Under the pieces are notes generated by a model. That model did no database searches. It was not told the DNA's origin and saw only the letters and a program-made list of their open reading frames with translations. Below, one piece after another: positions 1-8,599 of a DNA stretch of 21,327 bases (position 1 is the stretch's first letter; each line of letters starts with the position of its first letter). The stretch is from assembly GCA_963712115.1 (NCBI GenBank), contig CAVQGX010000048.1, positions 1 to 21,327 of the forward strand, written 5' to 3'. The position numbers were made by a program, and so were the translations under genes. The stretch is from an uncultured delta proteobacterium (GTDB lineage: Bacteria > Desulfobacterota > Syntrophobacteria > BM002).

Positions 1-1081
1 AAAAACTTGTTTCGTTTTCACCGCCGACATACACAGGCATGTCAGTCCGCACAAGGGCAAACTGCTGGTGTATCTGCTGATGTGAACCACCTAGCTTATA
101 ACCCGAAACAGAGAGATCAAAACCGTAATTTTGTCCCCAAATAACTGCGTTGAAAGGCAAAGTGCCTCCTGATTTATTGCGCTCTTTTATTTCATTGAAA
201 ATTGACATGCGTAAGTTTTCCAAATCATTTTTCCCCAACCGCACCCTTCCGGTGGGTACTGGCAATCCGAGTTCAGCTGCCAGCTGAACGTATATTCTCT
301 GGTAATAAAGGAAACGAAGACCAGAAAGATCATTCGGGGTGAGTGAACTGATCGTGTAGCGAACAGTATCATGAGCTATATTCGCCGCGTAATGACCCCA
401 GGGAATATAACTGTTTTCACGGAGGTATTCCCACATGTGTGTGTCACCCTCCGTATATTCCCCAACAATGGGGCTTTTCCCTTGCACCCCAGGAATCAAG
501 ACCATGTGCCTTTTGTAAGCGTCAGGTAGAAAAGGATTATTAGACACCAACTGGAACAAATGGTGGTCTAAAATGGCTGGACATAACTGGCCTGCGTCAT
601 CCTGTTGGTAGAGCCTGCCGGAAACAATATTAGTGCTCTGGTCATAGACAAACTCGCATGATCGCTCAGCCAGAGAAGCCAGGATTTCCGGATCAGTGGA
701 GGAGGAGGCAAGTGACAATAGCGCTGCTCGCGAATGATTTTGAATGGTAGGGTTTGCCCGCCCTTCATCGGGTCTTTCGGAGAGTTCACGGAAGGGGTTA
801 CAGCCGCCTACGGTTTGGTCGGCCTTTGATTTGAGAATAAAGGTGGCTCCCATAAAGGGAAAAGCATTGGGAATCTCGAAAACCCATGCTCCGGCGGGAA
901 CTTGTACATCCTTTTCAGGGAAGTTCGCCGCATTATCGACTACTTCCTGATTCAAGGTTCGTCCTAAGTGTACAATGTAGTCATTTTCCCGCAAATTGGT
1001 GGCTTTGAATCTAGGTTTTTGGATTCCGTAGACAAATTCACCTGATGGGGCGACACAGGTGCCGGGAAAGAGGTCCTTCAT
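1..1081 (-). CDS. Uncharacterised protein, >360 aa, 3' end outside the window; possible GalT/HIT-superfamily motif
   Basis: Manual translation: ATG at 1081 after AGAAAGGAAGGGCA, open with no stop for 360 codons to the window edge (MKDLFPGTCVAPSGEFVYG...WEYLRENSYIPWGHYAANIAHD...IWGQNYGFDLSVSGYKLGGSHQQIHQQF...). Absent from the ORF track because it has no stop in the window. Confidence 0.85.
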   Translation of the reverse strand, partial: MKDLFPGTCVAPSGEFVYGIQKPRFKATNLRENDYIVHLGRTLNQEVVDNAANFPEKDVQVPAGAWVFEIPNAFPFMGATFILKSKADQTVGGCNPFRELSERPDEGRANPTIQNHSRAALLSLASSSTDPEILASLAERSCEFVYDQSTNIVSGRLYQQDDAGQLCPAILDHHLFQLVSNNPFLPDAYKRHMVLIPGVQGKSPIVGEYTEGDTHMWEYLRENSYIPWGHYAANIAHDTVRYTISSLTPNDLSGLRFLYYQRIYVQLAAELGLPVPTGRVRLGKNDLENLRMSIFNEIKERNKSGGTLPFNAVIWGQNYGFDLSVSGYKLGGSHQQIHQQFALVRTDMPVYVGGENETSF

Positions 1082-1330
1082 TGCCCTTCCTTTCTAAGCT
1101 TGATTTTATTTATAAGCGATGAGATACCAGTCAATGATAGGTATGTCAATTTGATTGAAAAGCAGAATGGCAGACTATGGTTTGCCTTTTACACTCACTC
1201 TACCTTACACCTATCATTGACCAAATTTGGCGTTTTGGGACCATATTTGCCCATCACCGTTAATCTGTTCGATACCACTCCATCAATATAACTTGCGGTA
1301 ATTAATATAATTTTAGACATTTTTACGTTT

Positions 1331-1346
1331 TGGCATCAATTGTGCT
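1331..1346 (+). promoter_or_regulatory. Sigma-54 (-24/-12) promoter candidate
   Basis: TGG-CATCAATTGT-GCT: GG-N10-GC spacing, about 70 bp upstream of the PilZ gene at 1418. Confidence 0.6.
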
Positions 1347-1417
1347 GAATTGGAAGAACAAGAGCAGAAAATGGAGGCTCTCAAGAAAATCTCCAATCGT
1401 TAGGGGAGGAAATAAAA

Positions 1418-1822
1418 ATGCTACCAGAAACAAAATCAACAAGCAGAGCACAGGTTAAATGGCCTGTTACCATGAATACTGATGAGGGACCTGCGGATGG
1501 GGTCATAACAAATATTAACAACAATGGAGCCTTTATTCGTTGCCGCAAACCGTTACGGCTGACTGAAACCTGTAAACTCACTATCGAATCTTCCGAGCGC
1601 CAGATCCAGGATGTGGTTGTAGAGGTAGTGTGGACTAACATTTATGGGCCGGACGACGACCTTACCCCCCGCGGTATGGGAGTCCGCTTTACAGGCTTGC
1701 CAGAGGCGGAGCAGAAATTTCTCCGAGGACTTATCAGGATGATCAAAGAGGAGAGGAGCGTTGAAAAGGTATCGAAGGATCCAGAAATAGACCTTGATCA
1801 GACTGTTGAGATGTTACATTAA
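1418..1822 (+). CDS. PilZ domain protein (degenerate c-di-GMP motifs)
   Basis: SD GGGGAGG; R-x-x-V-x-W-P-V, NINNNGAFI and VVW...GMGVRF match the PilZ pattern; RxxxR is reduced to KSTSR. Confidence 0.85.
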   Translation: MLPETKSTSRAQVKWPVTMNTDEGPADGVITNINNNGAFIRCRKPLRLTETCKLTIESSERQIQDVVVEVVWTNIYGPDDDLTPRGMGVRFTGLPEAEQKFLRGLIRMIKEERSVEKVSKDPEIDLDQTVEMLH

Positions 1823-1842
1823 GTTCATTTACTTCTTTAGAT

Positions 1843-1889
1843 AAAAAAAGGACAGCGGAGTTTTCAGCTCCCCTGTCCTTTTTTCTTTT
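1843..1889. terminator. Rho-independent terminator, probably bidirectional
   Basis: AAAAAAAGGACAGCGGAG-loop-CTCCCCTGTCCTTTTTT: GC stem with A-tract before and T-tract after, just downstream of the stop at 1822. Confidence 0.85.
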
Positions 1890-1927
1890 CAACTAAATCC
1901 CAAGTAAATGCAGTTACTAAGGTGCTC

Positions 1928-1943
1928 TGGCATGCTTCCTGCA
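1928..1943 (+). promoter_or_regulatory. Sigma-54 (-24/-12) promoter candidate
   Basis: TGG-CATGCTTCCT-GCA with exact GG-N10-GC spacing, after the terminator and upstream of the next PilZ pair. Confidence 0.65.
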
Positions 1944-2050
1944 AATATAGTTCAAGGACGGGAATCACACCCTATTCAAACCAGTCGCGCATTTACCTGG
2001 CCCTGTCTCGATTGATCAGGGCTGAGGTAGATTGCCAGGATAAACTGCTC

Positions 2051-2401
2051 ATGGGTGCTATGAAAGACAGACGTTCACACCTAAGGACTGCTGTAGATTG
2101 GCCTGCCATGGTCATAACCCCTGGAGCGTGCATAGGAGGTGAAATAAAAAATCTAAGTCCATCAGGTGCCTTTTTTCACTGCTTTACTGAACCCGAGCGG
2201 GGCCAACCTCTGCGCTTGGTCTTTAGGGATCCAATTCGCAAGAAACTTATAGTGCTGACAGCAGAAATGGCATGGTCAAACATCGCAAATTCCGACGACA
2301 TAAGTTCTTGTGGAATAGGAATTGAATTCAGCAATACCTTAAGTTATGAGCAGTTGTTTCTCGACACTTGGACCTCGGAACATCTCCAAGCTACAGTCTA
2401 A
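2051..2401 (+). CDS. PilZ domain protein
   Basis: DRRSHLR (RxxxR), NLSPSGAF (D/NxSxxG), GIGIEF. Start at ATG 2051 or 2060 is more likely than the ORF-track start at 1922. Confidence 0.85.
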   Translation: MGAMKDRRSHLRTAVDWPAMVITPGACIGGEIKNLSPSGAFFHCFTEPERGQPLRLVFRDPIRKKLIVLTAEMAWSNIANSDDISSCGIGIEFSNTLSYEQLFLDTWTSEHLQATV

Positions 2402-2488
2402 AAATTACATAACACTCTAATGTTTCAACAAAGAGTTGAAGTGAAATGGTGCTCTCAGTGGGAACCTCTCTGTCTCGAGGATTTGAAA

Positions 2489-2857
2489 ATGACGCGAGGA
2501 GTTGAAAGGCGGTTGCAACCGCGAGTCGAGATTAGATGGCCTGTTACGGTCTTAACCACCCAAACGACAATTGAAGGTGAGATCCACAACGTAAGTCCCT
2601 CCGGAGCTTTCATCTCTTGTAAGGCTGTTCCTCCACTGGAGGGTAGTTTTTTTATAATAATTAAACCTCCCGAGCGGCAAACAATCAGTGTTGCAGGCAA
2701 GGCGGTGTGGTCGACTACCCTAGAGACCGAAGAAAGCAACCCAATTCTTGGAGTGGGTGTCCAATTCACAAATATCACTCCAGGAGATCTCAGATTCTTG
2801 AACCAATTTGTTAAGAGCTACAAAAATGAAAAGAGGCCGCTAGATAAAATTACCTGA
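2489..2857 (+). CDS. PilZ domain protein
   Basis: ERRLQPR, NVSPSGAF, AVW...GVGVQF. GAGGA SD before ATG 2489. Confidence 0.88.
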   Translation: MTRGVERRLQPRVEIRWPVTVLTTQTTIEGEIHNVSPSGAFISCKAVPPLEGSFFIIIKPPERQTISVAGKAVWSTTLETEESNPILGVGVQFTNITPGDLRFLNQFVKSYKNEKRPLDKIT

Positions 2858-3068
2858 AGTATGCCTTCGATCTTTAATCCTACCCTTTTTCCCCTTAAAT
2901 AATCTAATACTCTGGAGCCGGATATTTCATTACAGGTCCTGAAATCTGCTTCTTCCCCGCATAGCCGGATGTTCCACGGGCCAGGTTAAAGTTAAATCGC
3001 TTTGTTGATAAAGATGCGAGCTGTTTTCGAGTACTGGAGTATTTTGATGCTTGAGTAGCTAAAGATTC

Positions 3069-3202
3069 CAAATAAATCACAATGACCAACATTTAAAATC
3101 CCAAACTTTTGCATATTTATAAAATTATTCGAAATTTGTTTTGGTCATTGAAAATTGGAATTTAGGATTTGTTTGTAATTTGGTGCTTGGGATTTGGGAT
3201 TT
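3069..3202 (+). repeat. Imperfect palindromic intergenic repeat with ~7-nt periodicity (copy 1)
   Basis: CAAATAAATCACAATGACCAA...GTTTTGGTCATTG...TTGGGATTTGGGATTT. Aligns nearly end to end with the reverse complement of 4882-5018. Confidence 0.85.
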
Positions 3203-3327
3203 CATTACTCCATCACTCCGTTGACTCCGGAATGCTCGCGCATCAAGGAAAGACGTTATGAGCACCCATCCCTATGGGTGGAGGTCAAAGATTGTCAATC
3301 ACCGTTAATTTTTGTAAGGTTTGTGAT

Positions 3328-3807
3328 ATGTGTAAAAGGGAATCTTTCATTTTTCGCCCTGCCAAGGAAAAAGATCTAGAATTCATCAGCAAGCTGTCGG
3401 CTGAGGCGTTCTCAAAATACGGGCATTATGACGAAATCGTCCCTGCTTGGTTCGAGGAGCCGGCTGTGATTACGGAAGTCATTATGGAGAAAAGTGCTAC
3501 CCTGGGTTTTGCCATGCTCGTATTGGAACGTAAAAAAGTATTTGGGTTCAGGGAAGCGCACCTCCTAGCCATCGGCATCTTATTGGAGCATCAGAGAAGA
3601 GGTGTTGGTACCGCTTTGTTAGAGCATATGGAGGAAATAGCGCGGAAATACAACGCCGTCGAGATTAATCTCTGGACTGCAGTTGATAATGAACCGGCTT
3701 ATTCCTTCTTTCAAAAGGCGGGCTTCAAAATCAAAAGGTTTGAAAATTATTATTATCCTAAAGGTCAAGCGGCGCTATCCATGAGCAAAAGGCTTGACTA
3801 CACATGA
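3328..3807 (+). CDS. GNAT family N-acetyltransferase (RimI-like)
   Basis: Motif A HQRRGVGTALL, DNEPAYSFFQKAGF and the RimI-like tail NYYYPKGQAALSM. Start probably ATG 3328. Confidence 0.9.
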   Translation: MCKRESFIFRPAKEKDLEFISKLSAEAFSKYGHYDEIVPAWFEEPAVITEVIMEKSATLGFAMLVLERKKVFGFREAHLLAIGILLEHQRRGVGTALLEHMEEIARKYNAVEINLWTAVDNEPAYSFFQKAGFKIKRFENYYYPKGQAALSMSKRLDYT

Positions 3808-3827
3808 TGGGGCCTGGCCATTAGATA

Positions 3828-4856
3828 TTACAAAAACGATTCTACTTGTGCTGCCATTGGGAGGAGGCCGAAGATTCCCCCTGTATGGATAAATACGATT
3901 CTATCACCAAACACTTCCGGGTTCCGCTTCAGTTCCTGGGTCATTCCGTAAAAAGCTTTGCCAGTGTAGACCGGATCAAGAATTATACCTTCAGTGCGTG
4001 CCACTTCCACAAGAAGAGATAGCACCTGAAAACTTGCTTTGCCGTATCCCTCTCCCACATAGCCGTCGACTATGTGGATATCTTCTTGGGCGGAAAATGG
4101 GATTTCCAGTTTGTAGTTCGTTATGGCGGCATTGCAGATTTCACCTACCACGTCCATGAAATAATTCCTATCGTTGCAAACATTAATTCCTACGACCTGA
4201 GCTTCTAGTCCAACCAACCTTACTCCTAAAACAAGCCCGGCGGTAGTACCCCCGGAACCTGTAGCATGAATGATGGTCGTAGACCTGTCATTGTTGCCCA
4301 GGAGATCCTCTAGATCTTTAGCCAGCTCCTCCACCGCACGGACATAACCCCAGGCGCCCAGTACGTTGGAGCCCCCTTCGGGTATAACGTAAGGGGTTTT
4401 CCCCGACCTTCGAAGCGATTCCGCTTCACGCTCAAGCATTTCAGTGCGGCGGCCGTACTCCTCAAAGGTGAGCCAGACAATCTCTGCCCCAACCAGCCGG
4501 TCGAGTAATATATTTCCTTCGGCGGGCGGCGGATTCGCCGGATTACGGGTCCGGAGGAGTAACCGCGCCTCGAGTCCCAACTTAGCAGCGGCGATTGCCG
4601 TTGCCCTAGCGTGGTTCGACTGCGCAGCCCCACATGTCAATACTGTGTCGCTACCTTTCGCCAGAGCATCGGCAAGGAGGAATTCAAGCTTTCTCACTTT
4701 ATTGCCCGTAAGTTCAGCGCCCGTGAGATCATCTCGTTTGACGTACACTTCGACGCCTAATCTGTCGCTCAATCTTGAGAGGGGCTCGAGGGGCGTAGGA
4801 GTCCGGGCCAAATCTAAACGGGCGGGGTAGGGGATTTTTCGCGTTTTTTTGTTCAT
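3828..4856 (-). CDS. dcyD: D-cysteine desulfhydrase / ACC-deaminase-family PLP enzyme
   Basis: [24 protein letters not shown] (PLP lysine), [39 protein letters not shown]. Substrate is not proven. Confidence 0.9.
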   Translation of the reverse strand: MNKKTRKIPYPARLDLARTPTPLEPLSRLSDRLGVEVYVKRDDLTGAELTGNKVRKLEFLLADALAKGSDTVLTCGAAQSNHARATAIAAAKLGLEARLLLRTRNPANPPPAEGNILLDRLVGAEIVWLTFEEYGRRTEMLEREAESLRRSGKTPYVIPEGGSNVLGAWGYVRAVEELAKDLEDLLGNNDRSTTIIHATGSGGTTAGLVLGVRLVGLEAQVVGINVCNDRNYFMDVVGEICNAAITNYKLEIPFSAQEDIHIVDGYVGEGYGKASFQVLSLLVEVARTEGIILDPVYTGKAFYGMTQELKRNPEVFGDRIVFIHTGGIFGLLPMAAQVESFL

Positions 4857-4881
4857 TTCCTTCTCCTCAACTTAAAAGGAC

Positions 4882-5018
4882 AAATCCCAATTCCCAAGCA
4901 TCAAACTACAAATAAATTCCTAAATTCCAAATTCCAATAACCAAAACAGATTTGGAACGCCTTTATAAATATGAGTAAAAGTTTGGGATTTTAAATTTTG
5001 GTCATTGTGATTTATTTG
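4882..5018 (-). repeat. Imperfect palindromic intergenic repeat (copy 2, inverted relative to copy 1)
   Basis: Its reverse complement reads CAAATAAATCACAATGACCAAAATTTAAAATCCCAAACTTTT...TGCTTGGGAATTGGGATTT, matching 3069-3202. Confidence 0.85.
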
Positions 5019-5213
5019 TGATTTGTAATTTGAAATTTCCAATACCCGAGTACCCAAATAAAATTATATCTTAACCCCACGGGTGGTCTTTGTTAAAATG
5101 ATGATTATCTAGACTGTTTATGCCAATCTAGATAAAGCGCTGGCAGAACTAGAGTAACATAATTCAGCAAGGTGGCACACACCAGGGCCGAAATTGGAAG
5201 AAGGAGAAGAGAG

Positions 5214-5723
5214 ATGAACATGAAGCACTATGTCTTGGTCTTATTTTTGGCAGCAGTTTTATTTTCACTACCCTCTTGTGGTCATTACGTAAAATCTTAT
5301 TCTAAGCCAGGTATCCACCTTCAAGGAAAAAGCCTGGGAATAATGCCTTTCTCCTGTAACATCCCCGAGGTCGGAAAGGTCGTCAGCGACACTATAGGAG
5401 CTGATCTTCTTGAATCGGGCTTCAAAATTGTGGATCGCACCCAGATTGGAAAAATCCTTCAGGAGGAAGGCATCAGTTACCTGGAGATTGATTTCCCCGA
5501 TTACAGTAAGATCGGCAACTTAGCTGAGGTTAATTTTCTCCTGGTTGGAAGTGTTGCCTTCTCGAGCGCCACAGTGAGGTTGGTAGACACAGCCACTGGG
5601 GAAACACTGATAATTACAGTGTTCCGACCGAACCGGATCACTGACAGCGCTTCCGCCGTTGATATGGGGCAGTATCTAGGCAAATCGATAGGTAGAGAAC
5701 TGACTAGGGCCGGAAAACTTTGA
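5214..5723 (+). CDS. Lipoprotein, CsgG/HfaB-like fold
   Basis: Hydrophobic signal with LPSC lipobox; GFKIVDRTQIGKILQE, KIGNLAEVNFLLVGSV and VRLVDTATGE are typical of CsgG/TolB-N-like domains. Confidence 0.75.
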   Translation: MNMKHYVLVLFLAAVLFSLPSCGHYVKSYSKPGIHLQGKSLGIMPFSCNIPEVGKVVSDTIGADLLESGFKIVDRTQIGKILQEEGISYLEIDFPDYSKIGNLAEVNFLLVGSVAFSSATVRLVDTATGETLIITVFRPNRITDSASAVDMGQYLGKSIGRELTRAGKL

Positions 5724-5753
5724 TTTGATAAGAGGTTATTTGAAACATCAGGG

Positions 5754-8425
5754 CTAGGACTCACTTGTAATAGCAATGGTAGTCTGTGAGGAGCTCTCGC
5801 CAGTGCCATAGGCAAAATCTGCCGACTCCAGCGAATCTTGGGATGCCAAGCATGCACATTGCACCCCGTGCATCCTATTCAATACCAGTCTGAACATAAA
5901 TTCCAATACGCCATAGGCTGAGATGTTGGGTGCAGATTTATCTAATAATTGCAGCATCTGTGTTTGCAGTTCCAGTTGCAGTTTAAGTCCTTCCAAATCT
6001 CTTAGTAGTAAAATAACTCGAGACCTATCTATTTGTTTCTTTTGGTCACCAGGGTCACTCTCCCACTTCTTTCTGAGATCTTTAGTTTTTTGGTAGGAGC
6101 ACGAGATCAACAACTGACGGTCCTTACCACTCATAGGTATAATTTGGGTGTTAACCCGTTGGCCTATCTCATTGGCTAACCGCTGCCTTTCATCAGAGGC
6201 AATTTCTCTGAACATTTTCTTGGCTCTGTCAAAAATTTGCACATTCAAGGATTGAAAAGTCTCTTCCTTCTGAGCCATTTTTTCTTTGAATTCACCTACT
6301 GCACTATTCCAAAAGGCTTCATTTACACTGTGGAAATGTTCTTGTTCTCTACCTTTGTGGGCTCTCATTGCTTTAATTATACCGGGCACCATCCTGGCAG
6401 TCCTTTCGAACAAGGGAAGTCCAGTAATCGCCCGGTAGATTATGGCGATAACGGCGTACCAATCCTGAAGGTGCAATATTGTGGTCAAATCGTCATAGAG
6501 CCGAGTTAGCAGGTTGTTGTCGAAAAATTGGGAGGGTGTGGCGTACTGAGGGGTGCCACCTAATGGTGGCTGATCTGCAGTCTTTTTACCTGACTTTTCC
6601 AGAATCACTGCAGTTTCAACATCGATAAGTCCTATTTTGTACTCCTTGGGATAGGCAAGGAAACCTGGGTATTTGTCTTTATTGCCTGCCACCAGCATAT
6701 TGTCTGGCTTGAGATCCCTCATTGCGACCTTCTTTTCATGCAAATGGGCCAGCAACTCGAGGAGGTTTGTAATAATTCCCTCCATGTAGCCTTTGTTTTG
6801 GACAAATGCTGCTTGGTGAATTGATTTCCTTACATTATCGCGGATAGTTTGAATGGCTTTCAGATTTTCACCGATGATTCCGTCCAAAAGCCTATTTATC
6901 CAGACAATGAATTCTGCACTCAATCCCTCGTCGACTTGCTTCACTCTCTCTCCCACTAAATGGATAAAAAACCATGTCTTTGTTTGATAGGGCGAAGGGG
7001 GAGTTGGCAGATTAAATTGTTTGATTAGTTTATTTAATTCAGACTCATATTCTTTGTACAGTTTTTCAATCTCCAGAAAGAAAGGTATGTTCTCACTACC
7101 GTATCTGTCCTCAAACTTCCTGTAGTCTCCTACAACTTCGGAATTTTTTCTAATTTCATCATAGACCTTTTTCTCGGTGTCGTGAAAAGCTTGGATAATA
7201 TGGCCGAGAAAATAATATTTGGACAGATCCATAAAAAAAACAAAGGTGTTGCCTACGCGCAAATATTTTTGCAGCTCTGAAAATATGTTTAGAAACTTTA
7301 GGTAATCCTCTTCATTGTCCTCAGAGGGTAGCTCTCCTTCTTGGTCAAATCGCTGTATCAATTTCAGGATTACCGCGGCGCTTGGAATAATGCATTCCTT
7401 CATGGAAAGTCTCTTCACAATGCGTCTTTCTTTTTTGAGAATGTCCATGTACTTAGTAAGATCATTTATCGGAATTGGAGGTATCTTGATGACTAGGTGA
7501 TAATCGTAGATTACATAAAAGCACTTACTTCTGCTGCCAGTATCTTCTCCGATAGGACCAATTGTCATGCGTCTTGACTGCCAGTCGCCATCTTTCATTA
7601 CCCGCAACTCGTAAATGTAATTGGGAGCGAAAGAAAGGGAGTCCACCAGTCGAATTTCTGCCGGGCTGTCTTTTAATGCTCGCAGCCTATGTTTGTGTAT
7701 ATCCAGAAAGAACCTCACGATTGTCTCTTTGAGTTCCAAGTCCGGGTCATGGAGGGGCCTGGAAACCTCAGGCGAAAACGGAGTTTCGCTGACTGTTTTG
7801 TCATCAACGTCTTGTCGGCTTTTGAAACAGACGTTTTGTCGATCTGGACGATCCGGAAACAGATGGCAAGCTCAAAAAGTAATATCCCCAGGGGTGCTGC
7901 CCATATAACTATGGGGACAGCGGTGACATTGGATGCTATTGTCAGTCCAGGAATGAAGAGAAGAAGTGCTCGCGTCAGAAATCTAATGTGCTTTTTTATT
8001 TTGTCTAGCGATTGTTTTTGAGTCTGGAGATACTTTTGATCTCGCCTGCGAACGTCTCTCACGGATCTGATCAGGATCACTTCCGCTAGGGATTCAAGGA
8101 TATTGGCAAAAATAAGGAGGAAAACAATTTGACCTAAAACTAATGGAGCAATATTGAACCAAGTGGAAAGTTCTTTTTCAAAAAACAACCTCCTTTTGGC
8201 AAAATAAAATGCAGCTAGGGGAATCAATAAAGTGAATAGATTGGTCAACCTATAGAGGCTTTGTTTGTCGAATAAGTTCTGAATATTGAAGACCCACTCA
8301 CAGAATGTCCTGCGCAAAATGGTATATGTCCATCGCCAGACAAACAAACTTGCCACGAAAATACCAATTGAGATGAGGTAGGCTTCTAAGGTGTTTCCAT
8401 ATTTTGTGATGTAGAGAAAATCCAT
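5754..8425 (-). pseudogene. Membrane-anchored atypical Ser/Thr kinase-like protein split by one frameshift (pseudogene or sequencing error)
   Basis: A multi-TM ORF (start ATG 8425, MDFLYITKYGNTLEAYL...) overlaps an upstream-open extension of the kinase frame (...DVDDKTVSETPFSPEVSRPLHDPDLELKET); one missing base near 7810-7825 would join them. Kinase motifs: LVIK, MRDLKPDN, IDVE, GGTPQYATP, DWYA. Confidence 0.75.
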
Positions 8426-8599
8426 CGTCCACTCTCCGTCCAGACCGATCCGCTCCACGGATCGCACACTATCCCGAAGAGTGAGTGCAAGAAAAAAGCC
8501 AAGTCGAAAGTGGGTTTTCGGATTGACATGATCCATCTGTTTCCTTTAGCCTGAATAGTACGCATAGCTGGATATATTCTCGCCCAAGAGTTTTCGTCT

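Noticed and set aside
187-950. Short ORFs 187-372, 568-789 and 744-950
   Set aside because: Alternate frames or antisense of the long minus-strand gene 1-1081.
8398-8409. Box-like CCATATTTTGTG
   Set aside because: Inside a coding region with no dif-like site at the fixed distance.
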